From: Burkholderiaceae bacterium
GTDB taxonomy: Bacteria; Pseudomonadota; Gammaproteobacteria; Burkholderiales; Burkholderiaceae_D
Assembly: GCA_014379395.1 (NCBI GenBank)
Contig: JACMLV010000680.1
Span: 1-32,969, forward strand
DNA: 32,969 nucleotides
Direction: 5' to 3'
Each line of letters starts with the position of its first letter. Positions within the stretch are counted from its first letter, which is position 1. Shown piece by piece: positions 9,636-20,282 of the stretch. A model generated the notes under the pieces. It ran no database searches. It had not been told where the DNA came from and saw nothing but the letters and a program-made list of their open reading frames with translations. Made by a program: the position numbers and the translations under genes.

Positions 9636-10851
9636 TTGCTACTCCTTGCGGTGCAATATTCGTGGCGACAGGCATCAGCGCAGACGCGCCGCCCATCGGG
9701 TTCAACTCTTCCAGTGCGCGAACTTCGTCGGCCGTCATCCATGCGGTCGATCCGCCGGATCCCAGCGCCTTCGCGTAATACTCGCCGCGGTCTTTCGCCG
9801 ATCCGCGCAACAGCCCGCTTGCCATGAACTTGAAATACAGGCCGCTTGCGCGCTCTTTCTTGGTTAGCAGGTGGCAGTCCGCCGACTGCTCGATGCGGGC
9901 ATACCAAGGGGACAGCGTGTGCTTGACGTGGGCATCGAAGAACGCCTCCGCGCTGGCGAATGTGGCCGTTTTATCGCTGTGCGACACCATGATCGGCAGC
10001 ACGTCGAAGAACCGGCAAACCTCCTCAATCTGAAACCGGCGCGTCTCCAGGTGCTGCGCGTCCAGTCCGGACATGCTTTGCGCGAGCCATTTGGCGCCGC
10101 GATCGAGAATCATTGGAGCGCCGGAGTTTTCCGCCCCCGCGAATTCCTTTTCAATCCACGACTTGAGCGACTTGTACTGCTCCGGGTTGAGCGCCCCCTC
10201 GACGGTGTATGTCCCGGTCGGCCGCACGCCTTTTGCGTGCAGCTTCGAGTGCGTTTCCTCGGTGGCAATCGACAGTCCCAGCGCCTCGCGCGCCATGTCG
10301 AGGATATCCAAGCCAGCCACGCCATCCCAGCTCGGGCCGCGCACATGCCAGATCGCCTCGGCGGGAAAATCCTGGACCGCTCCGCTCTTTCCCGTGACGC
10401 GGTAGACGATGCTGTAATCGTCGAGCTGCTCTTTCTTGACCCAGCCCGGGTTAAGCAAGATCAGCTCGGCAATTTTCCCGCCGAACACCTTGTTTTTGAA
10501 GGCGTACGCATTGCCGAGCGCCGCGTGCAAGGCCAGCGTTTCACGGAACTCGAATGAGGTGGTCCAGCCATTCGGCATGGTCGCCGTCAGGTCGTATAGA
10601 GAGTGGTTTTTGGCGGGAAATATCCTCTTCAGCCCATCAATTTCCGACTCCTGAAACAGCTTGAATGGAACTTGTGCACATCCTTTGGAGATGACGCGCA
10701 GGCAAGCGAACGCGGTGGACACCCTAAACGCGCTATCCAGGGTGATGCTTGGGCCGGATTTCGACGCTTTCCCACCGTAAATCTGCCGGAACAGGTCCAG
10801 CGTGGACATGCCTTTCTTGCGCCACGGTAGGACTCGGTCTAAAAATGACAC
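9625..10851 (-). CDS. HK97-family portal protein
   Basis: IWHVRGPSWDGVAG, DAQHLETRRFQIEEVCRFFDV, MTADEVRALEEL motifs. Start probably GTG 10851 or GTG 10860, not 11019. Confidence 0.94.
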   Translation of the reverse strand: MSFLDRVLPWRKKGMSTLDLFRQIYGGKASKSGPSITLDSAFRVSTAFACLRVISKGCAQVPFKLFQESEIDGLKRIFPAKNHSLYDLTATMPNGWTTSFEFRETLALHAALGNAYAFKNKVFGGKIAELILLNPGWVKKEQLDDYSIVYRVTGKSGAVQDFPAEAIWHVRGPSWDGVAGLDILDMAREALGLSIATEETHSKLHAKGVRPTGTYTVEGALNPEQYKSLKSWIEKEFAGAENSGAPMILDRGAKWLAQSMSGLDAQHLETRRFQIEEVCRFFDVLPIMVSHSDKTATFASAEAFFDAHVKHTLSPWYARIEQSADCHLLTKKERASGLYFKFMASGLLRGSAKDRGEYYAKALGSGGSTAWMTADEVRALEELNPMGGASALMPVATNIAPQGVANGT

Positions 10852-10856
10852 TTGAT

Positions 10857-12533
10857 TCACTCCCAAAATGATTCCTCTTGCGCCGAGCCAGCGATCGCAC
10901 GGCTCAGCGCCATGACCGTGGCCACCACGCCGTCGATGCGTCCGTTGGCGTTGGACTTCTTTTTGTCGGGCCGGTAGTTGCCGTTCGAATCGAACAGCAA
11001 CGCGGTGTTGGCGGCGCACCAGCGCAGGACCGGATTGCCGCCGTGCTTCAGCAGCAGCCCGTACACCAGCTCCTCCAGGCGCTTGCTTCCCGGGTACATG
11101 CCGCCTGTGTTCTGCGGCACCTCGACCAGCGGCACCTCGAGCTCGAGCAGCTCGTTCGCTAACTGCAGTGCGTTCCAGCGGTCGAAGCCGATTTCGGCGA
11201 CGTCGTATTCCTTCATCGACTCGAGGATGCGCTGGCGCACCGGGTTATAGTCGGTGACGTTGCCGGGCGTGCCAGTGATCCAGCCGGCCGCCTCCCACTT
11301 CTTATAGGGCGCGGCGTCGTCGTGCTCCTCGGAGTCGATCTTGTCCTTCGGGCACCAGAACCACACCAGCACATGCCAGTCGCCGCCGTCCTCGTCGGGC
11401 GGGAACACCAGCGAGTAGGCCGTCAGGTCGCGCGTGGAGCCGAGATCGAGGCCGCCGAAGCAGCGCCGGCCCTTGAGCATCTCCGGGTCGAACTTCTTTC
11501 CGCCCTTGTCCCACACGCCGATGTCGAACCAGCCGTCGGCGCTGTTGCACCAGATGTTCAGGTCCTTGGTCAGGAAATTGGCCTTGGCCCCGGGCAGCGC
11601 GGCCGCCTTTCTGGCCATGCCGCGCATGTATTCGAGCGTCTTGCTCTTGCCAAGGCCGGGATTGGCCTTGTACCAGGTGGCCTCGTCGAAGGGATCGTCG
11701 CCCTCGTCGAGCGTGTAGATGTAGCCGAAGAAGGCGTCGTCCACCCGCTTGCCCTCCAACACCGAGATCAGGTAGGCACGGATCTCAGTGCAGATGCCGT
11801 CGAGGATGAAGCCGGCCGTCGTGATCGCCGACAGCAGCGGTTGCAGCCGGGCGCCCAGGGCCGATTCCATCACGTCCCACACGTCGCGGTGCTTCTGCGC
11901 GTGCAGCTCGTCGAACAGGATCGCGCTCGGGTTCAGGCCGTCAAGATTCTCCGCGTTGGCCGGCAGCGGCGCGAACACCGAGCTGTCGAGCTCGACCTTT
12001 TCCTGGTTCAGGCCGCCGTACACCTTGAACGATTTCGCGATCCCCGGCGAGCGCCGCACCCAGCGCTTGATGTTGTCGAACGCCGGCTTGAACACTGTCA
12101 TCGCCTGGGCCCGCGTCGTCGCTACCGCGTAGACCTCGGCGCCGATCTCGCCATCCATCGAAAACAGGTAGGCTCCCTGCGGACCCTTCCACGTGCTCTT
12201 GCCGTTCTTGCGCGCCACCTCCTCGTAGCCGCGGTTGAAGCGACGCGCGCCGTCGGCGGCCCGGCGCCAGCCGTACAGGACGGCGGTCCAGAACTTTTGC
12301 CAGGGGTCGAGCAGGATCGGCTTGCCGGCCAGCGGCCCCTTGATGTGGACGAAGAACTTCTCGATGTACTCGATGATGTGCCAGCCGTGGGCCGGCACGA
12401 ACGCCAATCCGCGCGCCGGCCCCTTGACCAGATCCTCGTAGTGGCGCTGGACCGCCAGGTACACGAACCGGCAGGAAGCGATATCGCCGCGCAGGACCGG
12501 CAGGCCGTAGGCCTCGTCCCACTCGTGCAGCAC
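10857..12533 (-). CDS. terL: Terminase large subunit
   Basis: Walker A VARKNGKST, Walker B ILFDELH, ITTAG coupling motif, GGLDLGSTRDLT and RIDGVVA nuclease motifs. GTG 12533 just after the terS stop is the likelier start; the frame is open to 12683. Confidence 0.96.
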   Translation of the reverse strand: MLHEWDEAYGLPVLRGDIASCRFVYLAVQRHYEDLVKGPARGLAFVPAHGWHIIEYIEKFFVHIKGPLAGKPILLDPWQKFWTAVLYGWRRAADGARRFNRGYEEVARKNGKSTWKGPQGAYLFSMDGEIGAEVYAVATTRAQAMTVFKPAFDNIKRWVRRSPGIAKSFKVYGGLNQEKVELDSSVFAPLPANAENLDGLNPSAILFDELHAQKHRDVWDVMESALGARLQPLLSAITTAGFILDGICTEIRAYLISVLEGKRVDDAFFGYIYTLDEGDDPFDEATWYKANPGLGKSKTLEYMRGMARKAAALPGAKANFLTKDLNIWCNSADGWFDIGVWDKGGKKFDPEMLKGRRCFGGLDLGSTRDLTAYSLVFPPDEDGGDWHVLVWFWCPKDKIDSEEHDDAAPYKKWEAAGWITGTPGNVTDYNPVRQRILESMKEYDVAEIGFDRWNALQLANELLELEVPLVEVPQNTGGMYPGSKRLEELVYGLLLKHGGNPVLRWCAANTALLFDSNGNYRPDKKKSNANGRIDGVVATVMALSRAIAGSAQEESFWE

Positions 12534-12541
12534 CGCCGGCG

Positions 12542-13027
12542 TCAGTGCGTCGAGCTTCTTGCGGGTGAGTTGATGGCGTGGCTTACGAGATCGCCGAACA
12601 GGTCGTCCTGGCCGCCCTTTTCGCCCGTGTCCTTGCGGACCCGCGCCAGCGACGGTATCGTCAAACATGCTTTTGGCAGCCATTGGCCGAGCTCCATCTT
12701 GAGCCGCTTTTCATCGTCGGCCCACGGTGTCGGCGTCGCCCACCCGGTTTTGGAAATTTGCGAGCGCCCCTTTTCGGCGCACTCTTCAGATGCCGCGATC
12801 CAGTCGACGAAGGTGCGCACGATGATCGCCAGCGGCATGCCGGCGGTCAGATGCTCAACGCCGGCCGCGCGCAGCGAGGCGCAAATGTATTGGTAGACCT
12901 CGACCTCGTTGTCCTTTAGTCCGATCACCGGCGGCGGGTCTGGCGACGTTGTTTCAACTCCAGCCGACCTGACGCTCGACGCTCCGACCGCCGGCAGCGC
13001 CGCGCTGAAATTCATTTTTGAGTCCAT
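12542..13027 (-). CDS. terS: Terminase small subunit (P27-family-like)
   Basis: 161 aa directly upstream of terL; PDPPPVIGL...LTIPSLARV pattern. Confidence 0.8.
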   Translation of the reverse strand: MDSKMNFSAALPAVGASSVRSAGVETTSPDPPPVIGLKDNEVEVYQYICASLRAAGVEHLTAGMPLAIIVRTFVDWIAASEECAEKGRSQISKTGWATPTPWADDEKRLKMELGQWLPKACLTIPSLARVRKDTGEKGGQDDLFGDLVSHAINSPARSSTH

Positions 13028-13161
13028 GCTGTCCCTCGATATGGGCTGGGCTTAAACCCCCAGGGGGTAGTTTTCGCTTTCCATAAAATCCCAGTTAAGC
13101 TGACGGTTTCCGCTGTGGCGAGCGCAGACTTTCGACCCGCCCCACCCCTCCCGAAAAAATT
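13028..13161. other. Probable cos/packaging-initiation region
   Basis: Non-coding gap between HNH and terS, where cos lies in HK97-like phages; G-rich GGGGTGGGGCGGGTCGAAAGT on the minus strand and CCCCCAGGGGG palindrome; exact cut site not determined. Confidence 0.45.
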
Positions 13162-13515
13162 TCACGACTTGCGCCGCCGCCCGCGCTGCGCCTCGGCCAA
13201 GCTTTTCGTTTCATGGCAGGCATCGCACAAAGCCTGCTCGTTCGTCTCGTCATCCACGCCACCTTCGGCGAGCGGAATGATGTGATCGCGCTGCGTCGCC
13301 ACGACGGCGCGCCCTTGCCGCAAACACTCTTCACACAACGGCGAGCGGGCGAACAGCCTGGCGCGCATCGATTGAAGCCGGCGGCCCGTGATGCGCTTGA
13401 CCGGAGTCGTCTTGATCCATGCATCACGCGGGTGAGCCGCGCACCGTCCACTTCCATCCGATACCAGTGTCTTGCACCCCCGACAACTACACGGCCTAGG
13501 CGCAGCTCTTGGCAT
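13162..13515 (-). CDS. HNH endonuclease (HK97 gp74-like terminase cofactor)
   Basis: PLCEECLRQG...DHIIPLAEGG...NEQALCDACHETK. Confidence 0.93.
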   Translation of the reverse strand: MPRAAPRPCSCRGCKTLVSDGSGRCAAHPRDAWIKTTPVKRITGRRLQSMRARLFARSPLCEECLRQGRAVVATQRDHIIPLAEGGVDDETNEQALCDACHETKSLAEAQRGRRRKS

Positions 13516-13717
13516 ATGCCTGGCCGGCCATCAACGCATCGGGAACCAACCGCGCCACGGCGCTGGCAGACCGGCCATCCGGCCGATAGCCCTTCGCCTG
13601 TAGGATCTCCTTAGCCCGCTCCGCGTCGGCCAACTGCGCCGCGAGCAGGTCGAGCAGCTGACCGTCAGGCGCCGCGACGGCGCGCACGATCATGTCTCGA
13701 TAGCTGCGCGGCGTCAT
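13496..13717 (-). CDS. Hypothetical phage protein (73 aa)
   Basis: MTPRSYRDMIVRAV...; ATG overlaps the stop of a 38-aa hydrophobic ORF (13714-13830). Confidence 0.5.
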   Translation of the reverse strand: MTPRSYRDMIVRAVAAPDGQLLDLLAAQLADAERAKEILQAKGYRPDGRSASAVARLVPDALMAGQAYAKSCA

Positions 13718-14012
13718 TTGTAGGGCCAGGTGGCGGGTACCGCAGCGCGCGGCGCAGGCTGGGCCGGCACCGGACGGGCGGGGCTCAGCAGGATCAACAG
13801 GATGACGGGAAACCACATGGCCGGCCTCATGTAAAAAAGCCCGCACTTGGCGGGCAAACGAATCGCGCAACCTGTAGACGCCGCTTATGGCGCGGGTCAG
13901 ACTGGATCACCTCTTTCGCAGTTGGAAATCTGGCGCACAAATGCAAAAAGCCCCGCATTGAGCGAGGCCTTTTAAAAGCTTTAGACGTGAAGAACCCGTC
14001 TGGGTACGGATT

Positions 14013-14393
14013 CTAAACAAAGAAATTACGAGTTGCAATATTATTTTTCAATTTCTTTTTAAGCTCACCCTCCGCCTCGGCCAGCGCCTGCGCGAAATCC
14101 AGGTTTGGAAAGCGCCAAACGGTTGCGATGCCACATCGCCTGCGTATCGCCCAATCCAGATGGCGCGGCAGTCCACCCATCACCGCCTCAACCGCTTCGG
14201 CCGCGTTGCTATCCATATTGTCGTACAGCTGCTCGGAGTCGGCCGCCGATTCCCCCTCATACAAGGCAGCCCGGCCGCGCCAACCAAGACCCATATCGTT
14301 GCGACGCTGCCACTGCATCCAGATATCCAGGCACAAATCCAATGGCTCGGGCCTATGGAACGCACTCACCTCAATTTTGCTAGCTACTCTCAT
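14013..14393 (-). CDS. Q-like late transcription regulator (126 aa)
   Basis: ATGA overlap with the upstream gene; LDIWMQWQR...AEAVEAVMGGLP pattern; last gene before a hairpin-containing intergenic region and the packaging genes. Confidence 0.6.
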   Translation of the reverse strand: MRVASKIEVSAFHRPEPLDLCLDIWMQWQRRNDMGLGWRGRAALYEGESAADSEQLYDNMDSNAAEAVEAVMGGLPRHLDWAIRRRCGIATVWRFPNLDFAQALAEAEGELKKKLKNNIATRNFFV

Positions 14394-15053
14394 CGCATCC
14401 CCAATGCATGTTCCGCCGTTTCCCAAAGGGCGATCGCCATCGACTCGCCCCGCGCTTTCCGTTCCAATATTTTCCGGGCCCAGTTCCGACCATCGTCGCC
14501 AACCATCGCCGACCGCCCCATTCCCTTGGTCTTGAAATCGGCCAGCAGCTGCTGCGCCTTGTCGCTCGACAGCGCCGTCTTGCCCGGCGCCGCCAGCGCC
14601 ACCATCTGGGCCGGGATCGGGGCGGGGTCCGCCTTCGCCATCTCCGCCGCCAGCGCCGCCTCCCACCGAGCCTTCAAAGCGACATACGCCAGGTGCGTGA
14701 AATCGTAGGCGCCGATCTTGCGCCAGGCCCAGTAGACCGCCGGCGACGACCACTCGTCCTGCTCGCCCCGCTCACGCCGGCCGCCCTGCTCAAGCGCCTC
14801 GTGGAACGCCACCACCGGATCAACGACCGGCCGGCACAACTTAATGAACTCTGGCAGCGTCGGCGGCCACGCCAATGTTTCCAGGCTCGTCCAGCCAATG
14901 GTCAATTCATCCCGGGACAACGGCTTCAATTTCTTCGCCCAATGCCGCATGACGTCGCTGAGCGGAATGCCCGACCACTGATCGAGGAACTTGACGCCAT
15001 ACGCGAATTTCATCTGATCGAACAGAGCCTTGATCCAAGAAAACGGAATGGCT

Positions 15054-16061
<1,008 letters not shown>

Positions 16062-16237
16062 TGCTCGATCACCGCCCACAACCAGGAAGATTGCGCGGAT
16101 CGCCAACCGTTGACGGCGTACCGCGATAATCGAAGGCGTCCCGGCGCGGCTTTGCGATACGCACCCCGGCACCCAGACGCAGCATCAGCAGGGAGAGCGC
16201 CAGGTCGGCGGCGCGCCGCTGGTGGTGTTGGAGCAGG

Positions 16238-16660
16238 CTAGTCATTCGCCACCCCCACGCCGGAAACGACGCCCTTGAACGGCACGCGCGCGCCGCCCAC
16301 CAGCGATGGAACACATCGGTAATCGTGCGCGCCCTCGCGGGTGACCACCATGCGCATGCGGCCGACGTCGAGCGGCTTCGGCTCCGGTCGGTAAGCCGGC
16401 CCGGCCATGATGCCGGGCTTTGGCGCCGGTTGCGCCAGCTGGTCGAAGTAGCGCCGCGCCTGCCGGCTGATCGAATAGACGCCGTCCCGCAGCTCGGCGC
16501 AGCCGGCCGCCACCAGACACTCATAAATGTGATGGATGGCGCCAGGCGTCAGGCAGAATTCCGCATGCCGGCCGGCCGCCAGCTCGACCGGACAGGACGA
16601 AGTCGAATACAACAGATGCAGCACCCGGGCGGCGCGCGAATTCTTGGACGGGATCCTCAT
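16238..16660 (-). CDS. Hypothetical phage protein (140 aa)
   Basis: MRIPSKNSRAARVLHLLY...; ATGA overlap with the cII-like stop. Confidence 0.65.
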   Translation of the reverse strand: MRIPSKNSRAARVLHLLYSTSSCPVELAAGRHAEFCLTPGAIHHIYECLVAAGCAELRDGVYSISRQARRYFDQLAQPAPKPGIMAGPAYRPEPKPLDVGRMRMVVTREGAHDYRCVPSLVGGARVPFKGVVSGVGVAND

Positions 16661-17166
16661 GGCCGTACTCCGCCATCGCCAAACGGCGCGCGCGCGCCGG
16701 GCTGGCAATACACCTGGAACATCGTCGCCATCAACTCCTTCATGGTCCGGTGCATCTTCTGAGCGATATCGTCGAGCGCGGCGCGCTCATAAGCGTCGAT
16801 CTCACCGTCCTTAATCGCCGCGCTGTAGGTCTGCGACAGCAGGCCCAGCTCCGCATACAACTCGTGGAACTTGGCCTGCAAGTCGTCGCCGTCGATGGCG
16901 CCGACGTCGGGCAGCGCGACAAACACGCCGCCGCTGGCCGCCGCCACCGCCTGGGCGAAATGGCTGGTGCCGGCATAGGCCTGGATCAGCAGGGCGGTAT
17001 CGACGCGCATGCCCGACCCCTTGACCTCGTAGACGCGCGCCTCCAGCGCCGACTTCGTCAGGCCGAGCGTGGCGGCGGTGCCGTTCCAGCCGTGCACCGT
17101 GATCATTTCCTTGTATGCGGTCAGGATATCCAATGTCTTTTCCTTCATTCCTTGGGTTTCATTCAA
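16657..17166 (-). CDS. Phage regulatory CII/YmfL-like protein
   Basis: HGWNGTAATLGLTKSALEARV helix-turn-helix-like start; GGVFVALP and AIKDGEIDAYER motifs; between cro and replication genes. Confidence 0.8.
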   Translation of the reverse strand: MNETQGMKEKTLDILTAYKEMITVHGWNGTAATLGLTKSALEARVYEVKGSGMRVDTALLIQAYAGTSHFAQAVAAASGGVFVALPDVGAIDGDDLQAKFHELYAELGLLSQTYSAAIKDGEIDAYERAALDDIAQKMHRTMKELMATMFQVYCQPGARAPFGDGGVRP

Positions 17167-17384
17167 GCGGCGACGCCGCTACCATTCACAAATGCCGAGC
17201 CCGCTTAAGGGCAAAAAAAGAGAACCCGGCGGGCGGGCTTGATATTTCGCAAGCCCCGTTTTTCGGCCAAAAAAGAGCCGGCGATGCGCCGCCGGCGTGT
17301 TGCTGCGATGTTCAAAAACGGGCGGGAGACTCCAACGTGCTAAATTGCCAATTCCACTCAACAATTTTCATAAAGGAACCACCC

Positions 17385-17615
17385 ATGGGCATCAGTGGCA
17401 TCAAGCAAGAAGTGCGCGTAAATCTGGTCGGACAAACTGCGAAAATCGAAGCCGATTATTCGATTGGGCACACCTCGATTTCAATTAAGACCGAGATCAA
17501 GATGTCAGCCGAGAAGCCACTCACCGTTGACCAACTGCGGGACGCGCCGATAAAGCTGGCAATCCCGGTGCTGGAAACGCTTATTGCGAAGACGGATACG
17601 ACGCCATCCCCGTAA
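17385..17615 (+). CDS. Small counter-oriented hypothetical protein (76 aa)
   Basis: AAAGGA ribosome-binding site before ATG 17385; AT-rich upstream; MGISGIKQEVRVNLVGQTAKIEADYSIG... Confidence 0.55.
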   Translation: MGISGIKQEVRVNLVGQTAKIEADYSIGHTSISIKTEIKMSAEKPLTVDQLRDAPIKLAIPVLETLIAKTDTTPSP

Positions 17616-17940
17616 CCGGGTCATACAATGGCGGGTCGGCCAGCTCAGCGCCTGCCGGATCGGAAAGATCGGCAATAGCCACACGGATCGCTGCGGGTAA
17701 CGCCCGGCCGACATCGGCCAGGCTTTTTGCGCCATGGCCGCCGACGGCCATGGCGCACAGCGCGTCGATCACCTGGTCGACGCGCTTTTCCTTCGCGGCG
17801 GCACCGAGCGCGACCAGCGCCTCGCCGGCGCGCAGCGCGGCGGCCTCGATCTTCTCGGTCAGCGCCAGCGTCTCGAGCAGGCTCGACTGGTCAATGTCGA
17901 TGCGCACGACGTTCGGCGCGGTGGTTTCTTCAGTGCTCAT
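17581..17940 (-). CDS. Hypothetical phage protein (119 aa)
   Basis: GAGGA ribosome-binding site; follows cro. Confidence 0.65.
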   Translation of the reverse strand: MSTEETTAPNVVRIDIDQSSLLETLALTEKIEAAALRAGEALVALGAAAKEKRVDQVIDALCAMAVGGHGAKSLADVGRALPAAIRVAIADLSDPAGAELADPPLYDPVTGMASYPSSQ

Positions 17941-17968
17941 TGCTGTTTCCTCGGTGGTGGATGGGCGC

Positions 17969-18310
17969 TTACTTGCGCACGTAAAGCGGCGGCTGGCTGG
18001 CGGAAAACTCCAGCAGGTTCTTGCGGGACAACGGCGGATCGGGGTCGGTTACGGCGGTCGGCGCCGGATCGTTCTTGCGGCGGGTCGCGGGCTGCGCCAG
18101 CTCGGGCCACAGCCTGGCCCAATCGTCGGGAAACATCTCTTGCCGTGACACCGCGCCGCCCGTCGCGACCTCGATGGGCGCGCCGAAGTGAAACGGAATC
18201 GCCCGAGAACCGTCGGCCCAGCGACTGATGTCTGGCGCATGTGCACCGATGGCTTTGGCCAACGCCGCTTGGCGCCCACGCTCTTGAGAAAGGTATTCGT
18301 GTAGGTTCAT
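17969..18310 (-). CDS. cro: Cro/YdaS-like HTH regulator
   Basis: GRQAALAKAIGAHAPDISRWADGSRAIP...IEVATGGAVSRQEMFPDDW; divergent from cI. Confidence 0.85.
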   Translation of the reverse strand: MNLHEYLSQERGRQAALAKAIGAHAPDISRWADGSRAIPFHFGAPIEVATGGAVSRQEMFPDDWARLWPELAQPATRRKNDPAPTAVTDPDPPLSRKNLLEFSASQPPLYVRK

Positions 18311-18320
18311 TTCACAGATA

Positions 18321-18382
18321 TTAGCCTAAAGCTAACCGTCAAACAAGCTTTATGCGAATGTATTTTTTTAGCCTTATGCTAT
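18321..18382. promoter_or_regulatory. OR-like operators between cro and cI
   Basis: TTAGCCTAAAGCTAA (18321-18335); degenerate copies CAAGCTTTATGCGAA (18344-18358) and TTAGCCTTATGCTAT (18368-18382). Confidence 0.8.
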
Positions 18383-18393
18383 CTAATGCCTAT

Positions 18394-19113
18394 ATGAAAA
18401 CGATTGACGAAATTCGACGAGAAAATTTAGCCACGCTAGCCGACGAGCAAAGAGGAGTCGCCGCCTTAGCCGAACTACTACAAAAGAGCTCGTCACAGAT
18501 AAGCCAATGGCTAAACGCATCAATCAACTCAGGAACGGGGAAGCCGCGGGGCATGAGGTCATCGACCTGCAGAGAGATAGAGCGCGCATGCAAAAAAATA
18601 AGCGGATGGATGGAGGTCGAGCACCCAGCTGCCGGACCTGATACTGCATTACAAACGGAAATCACCTCCGCGCCAGGCGCTGGAGATGAAGTGGAAATCC
18701 CTCAATACAAAGGAACAGGCGGGAGCATGGGCGGCGGCGTAACACTTCGGGACCAACCCGGAGAAATCCACGGCTGGCGCGTCACGCCGGAATGGATCAG
18801 CAAAAACATCAAGAACCACAGCGGCGCCGGCAACCTGTGCATCGTCACCGGATTCGGCAACTCGATGCAGCCGCTGTACAACCCGGGCGACCCGCTCATC
18901 CTGGACCGCGGCATCAAGTCCGTCGAGTTCGACGCGACCTATTTTTTCCGGGTTGGAGACGAGGGCTTCATCAAGATTTTACAGAGGATTCCCGGCGAGG
19001 GCATCCGAGTGATCTCCAAGAACAAGGACTACGAAACTTGGACGATTAAGCCGGATATGGACTTCGAGGTGTTCGGCCAAGTGCTCAAGGCTTGGTGCGG
19101 CACCGATGTTTAG
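18394..19113 (+). CDS. cI: CI-like repressor (HTH plus S24 peptidase)
   Basis: MKTIDEIRRENL...SSSQISQWLN N-terminal HTH; SMGGG cleavage region; GNSMQP serine and FIKIL lysine motifs; ATG 18394 preferred over 18352. Confidence 0.92.
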   Translation: MKTIDEIRRENLATLADEQRGVAALAELLQKSSSQISQWLNASINSGTGKPRGMRSSTCREIERACKKISGWMEVEHPAAGPDTALQTEITSAPGAGDEVEIPQYKGTGGSMGGGVTLRDQPGEIHGWRVTPEWISKNIKNHSGAGNLCIVTGFGNSMQPLYNPGDPLILDRGIKSVEFDATYFFRVGDEGFIKILQRIPGEGIRVISKNKDYETWTIKPDMDFEVFGQVLKAWCGTDV

Positions 19114-19140
19114 GTTGAAAACACTTTTATAAAATACACA

Positions 19141-19575
19141 ATGAAAAAAATTACAATTTTAATTCTTGCCGCAACTCTTTCTTGCCACGCATTGGCGGAA
19201 GAAAAACTTTCTTCTATCGAGGCATTTAAAGAACAGACGGCATATCAACTCATGATGTGCCGGATTCAAACACAAATTGCACTGGGTGAAGTTGAGCTTG
19301 GAAAGACAGACAGTCCATGGGAAAAAATTGGGGCATGCCTTAAGGCCGGTCGTATTGAGACTAAAAAATTATTTTCTCCAGCGCTTGCAAAAGTATCAAA
19401 AAAACCAACTGCGGCCAAGCTACTGAAGGATTATTACGCAGCATGGATCACATCGTTCAACGGAATCAGCCCCGAGCCAGGCGAACGAAAAATGGCCTAC
19501 GAGCAACGCCAAACATCCGCCGAAGCAAAACATGATGAGATCTGGAATCGTTTCGAAATCGAGGCAGGCTTTTAG
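19141..19575 (+). CDS. Exported protein in the immunity region (144 aa)
   Basis: MKKITILILAATLSCHALA signal peptide with an A-x-A site; AT-rich. Confidence 0.8.
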   Translation: MKKITILILAATLSCHALAEEKLSSIEAFKEQTAYQLMMCRIQTQIALGEVELGKTDSPWEKIGACLKAGRIETKKLFSPALAKVSKKPTAAKLLKDYYAAWITSFNGISPEPGERKMAYEQRQTSAEAKHDEIWNRFEIEAGF

Positions 19576-19635
19576 AGCAGCACCTACTGGCCGCCGCCGG
19601 CGAGACGGTAAGAATAATTCTAAATAAGGTATAGA

Positions 19636-19749
19636 ATGGCAACGAACCAACCACCCCAAACACCCAATCGCTCCCCGATCACGGACCTGAAAAATCACGT
19701 TCCCCGCCCCGCCGAGCACAAGCCACCTCCGCCACCGGAGAGAAGATAG
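19636..19749 (+). CDS. Proline-rich small ORF (37 aa)
   Basis: TAAGGT ribosome-binding site; MATNQPPQTPNRSPITDLKNHVPRPAEHKPPPPPERR; below the ORF-track size cutoff. Confidence 0.5.
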   Translation: MATNQPPQTPNRSPITDLKNHVPRPAEHKPPPPPERR

Positions 19750-19755
19750 GACGCC

Positions 19756-20259
19756 ATGCCAGCCGAAAAATACCTGTGGGACCGCCGCTGCGACGTTCGC
19801 CTGCGCGCACTGATGAATCGGATTTACTACCAGGAGCGCCAGCGCATCTTCGAGTTTCGCGACGGCTTCGTCAAGGTCGTCGCGTTGCTGGCCGGATCGG
19901 TCGCCTTCGCCAAGGTCGCCGACGCGCAAGTGATCCAATATTGCGCCGCCGCCATCACCGTCACCAGCGCCGGCTCCCTGGTGTTCGGGTTCGGGAACAA
20001 GGCGCGCGACAGCGCAAAACGCAGCGCGGAATGGGCCCTGCTTGAACGCGATATTGAAAGCGCGGGCGAACGGCATTATACGGAAGACCAACTCAACCAA
20101 TGGTTCGCGCGCTGCAATGAAATCGAAGCGAGCGAACCGGCGGCGCATCCGGCATTACTGGAACGCAGCTACCAGCGCGCGTGCGACGCGATCGGCAGCA
20201 AGCCGATCGGACAGCCATCGTTCTGGCGGCGCCATCGCCCGGTGCTAATCCTTCATTAA
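19756..20259 (+). CDS. Two-TM membrane protein, SLATT-like architecture
   Basis: Hydrophobic segments FVKVVALLAGSVAFAKV and AAAITVTSAGSLVFGFG flanked by helical soluble regions. Confidence 0.65.
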   Translation: MPAEKYLWDRRCDVRLRALMNRIYYQERQRIFEFRDGFVKVVALLAGSVAFAKVADAQVIQYCAAAITVTSAGSLVFGFGNKARDSAKRSAEWALLERDIESAGERHYTEDQLNQWFARCNEIEASEPAAHPALLERSYQRACDAIGSKPIGQPSFWRRHRPVLILH

Positions 20260-20282
20260 TCGCCCGATCTCACCCCAATCGT

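Noticed and set aside
12534-12683. 142-bp terS/terL overlap as an unusual feature
   Set aside because: An in-frame GTG at 12533 just past the terS stop gives a normal TerL N-terminus.
180-12896. Long plus-strand ORFs opposite the structural genes (e.g. 3901-5103, 7786-8934, 11322-12896); likewise minus-strand ORFs opposite the early operon
   Set aside because: Shadow ORFs expected from high-GC codon bias; they mirror well-supported genes and show no motifs.
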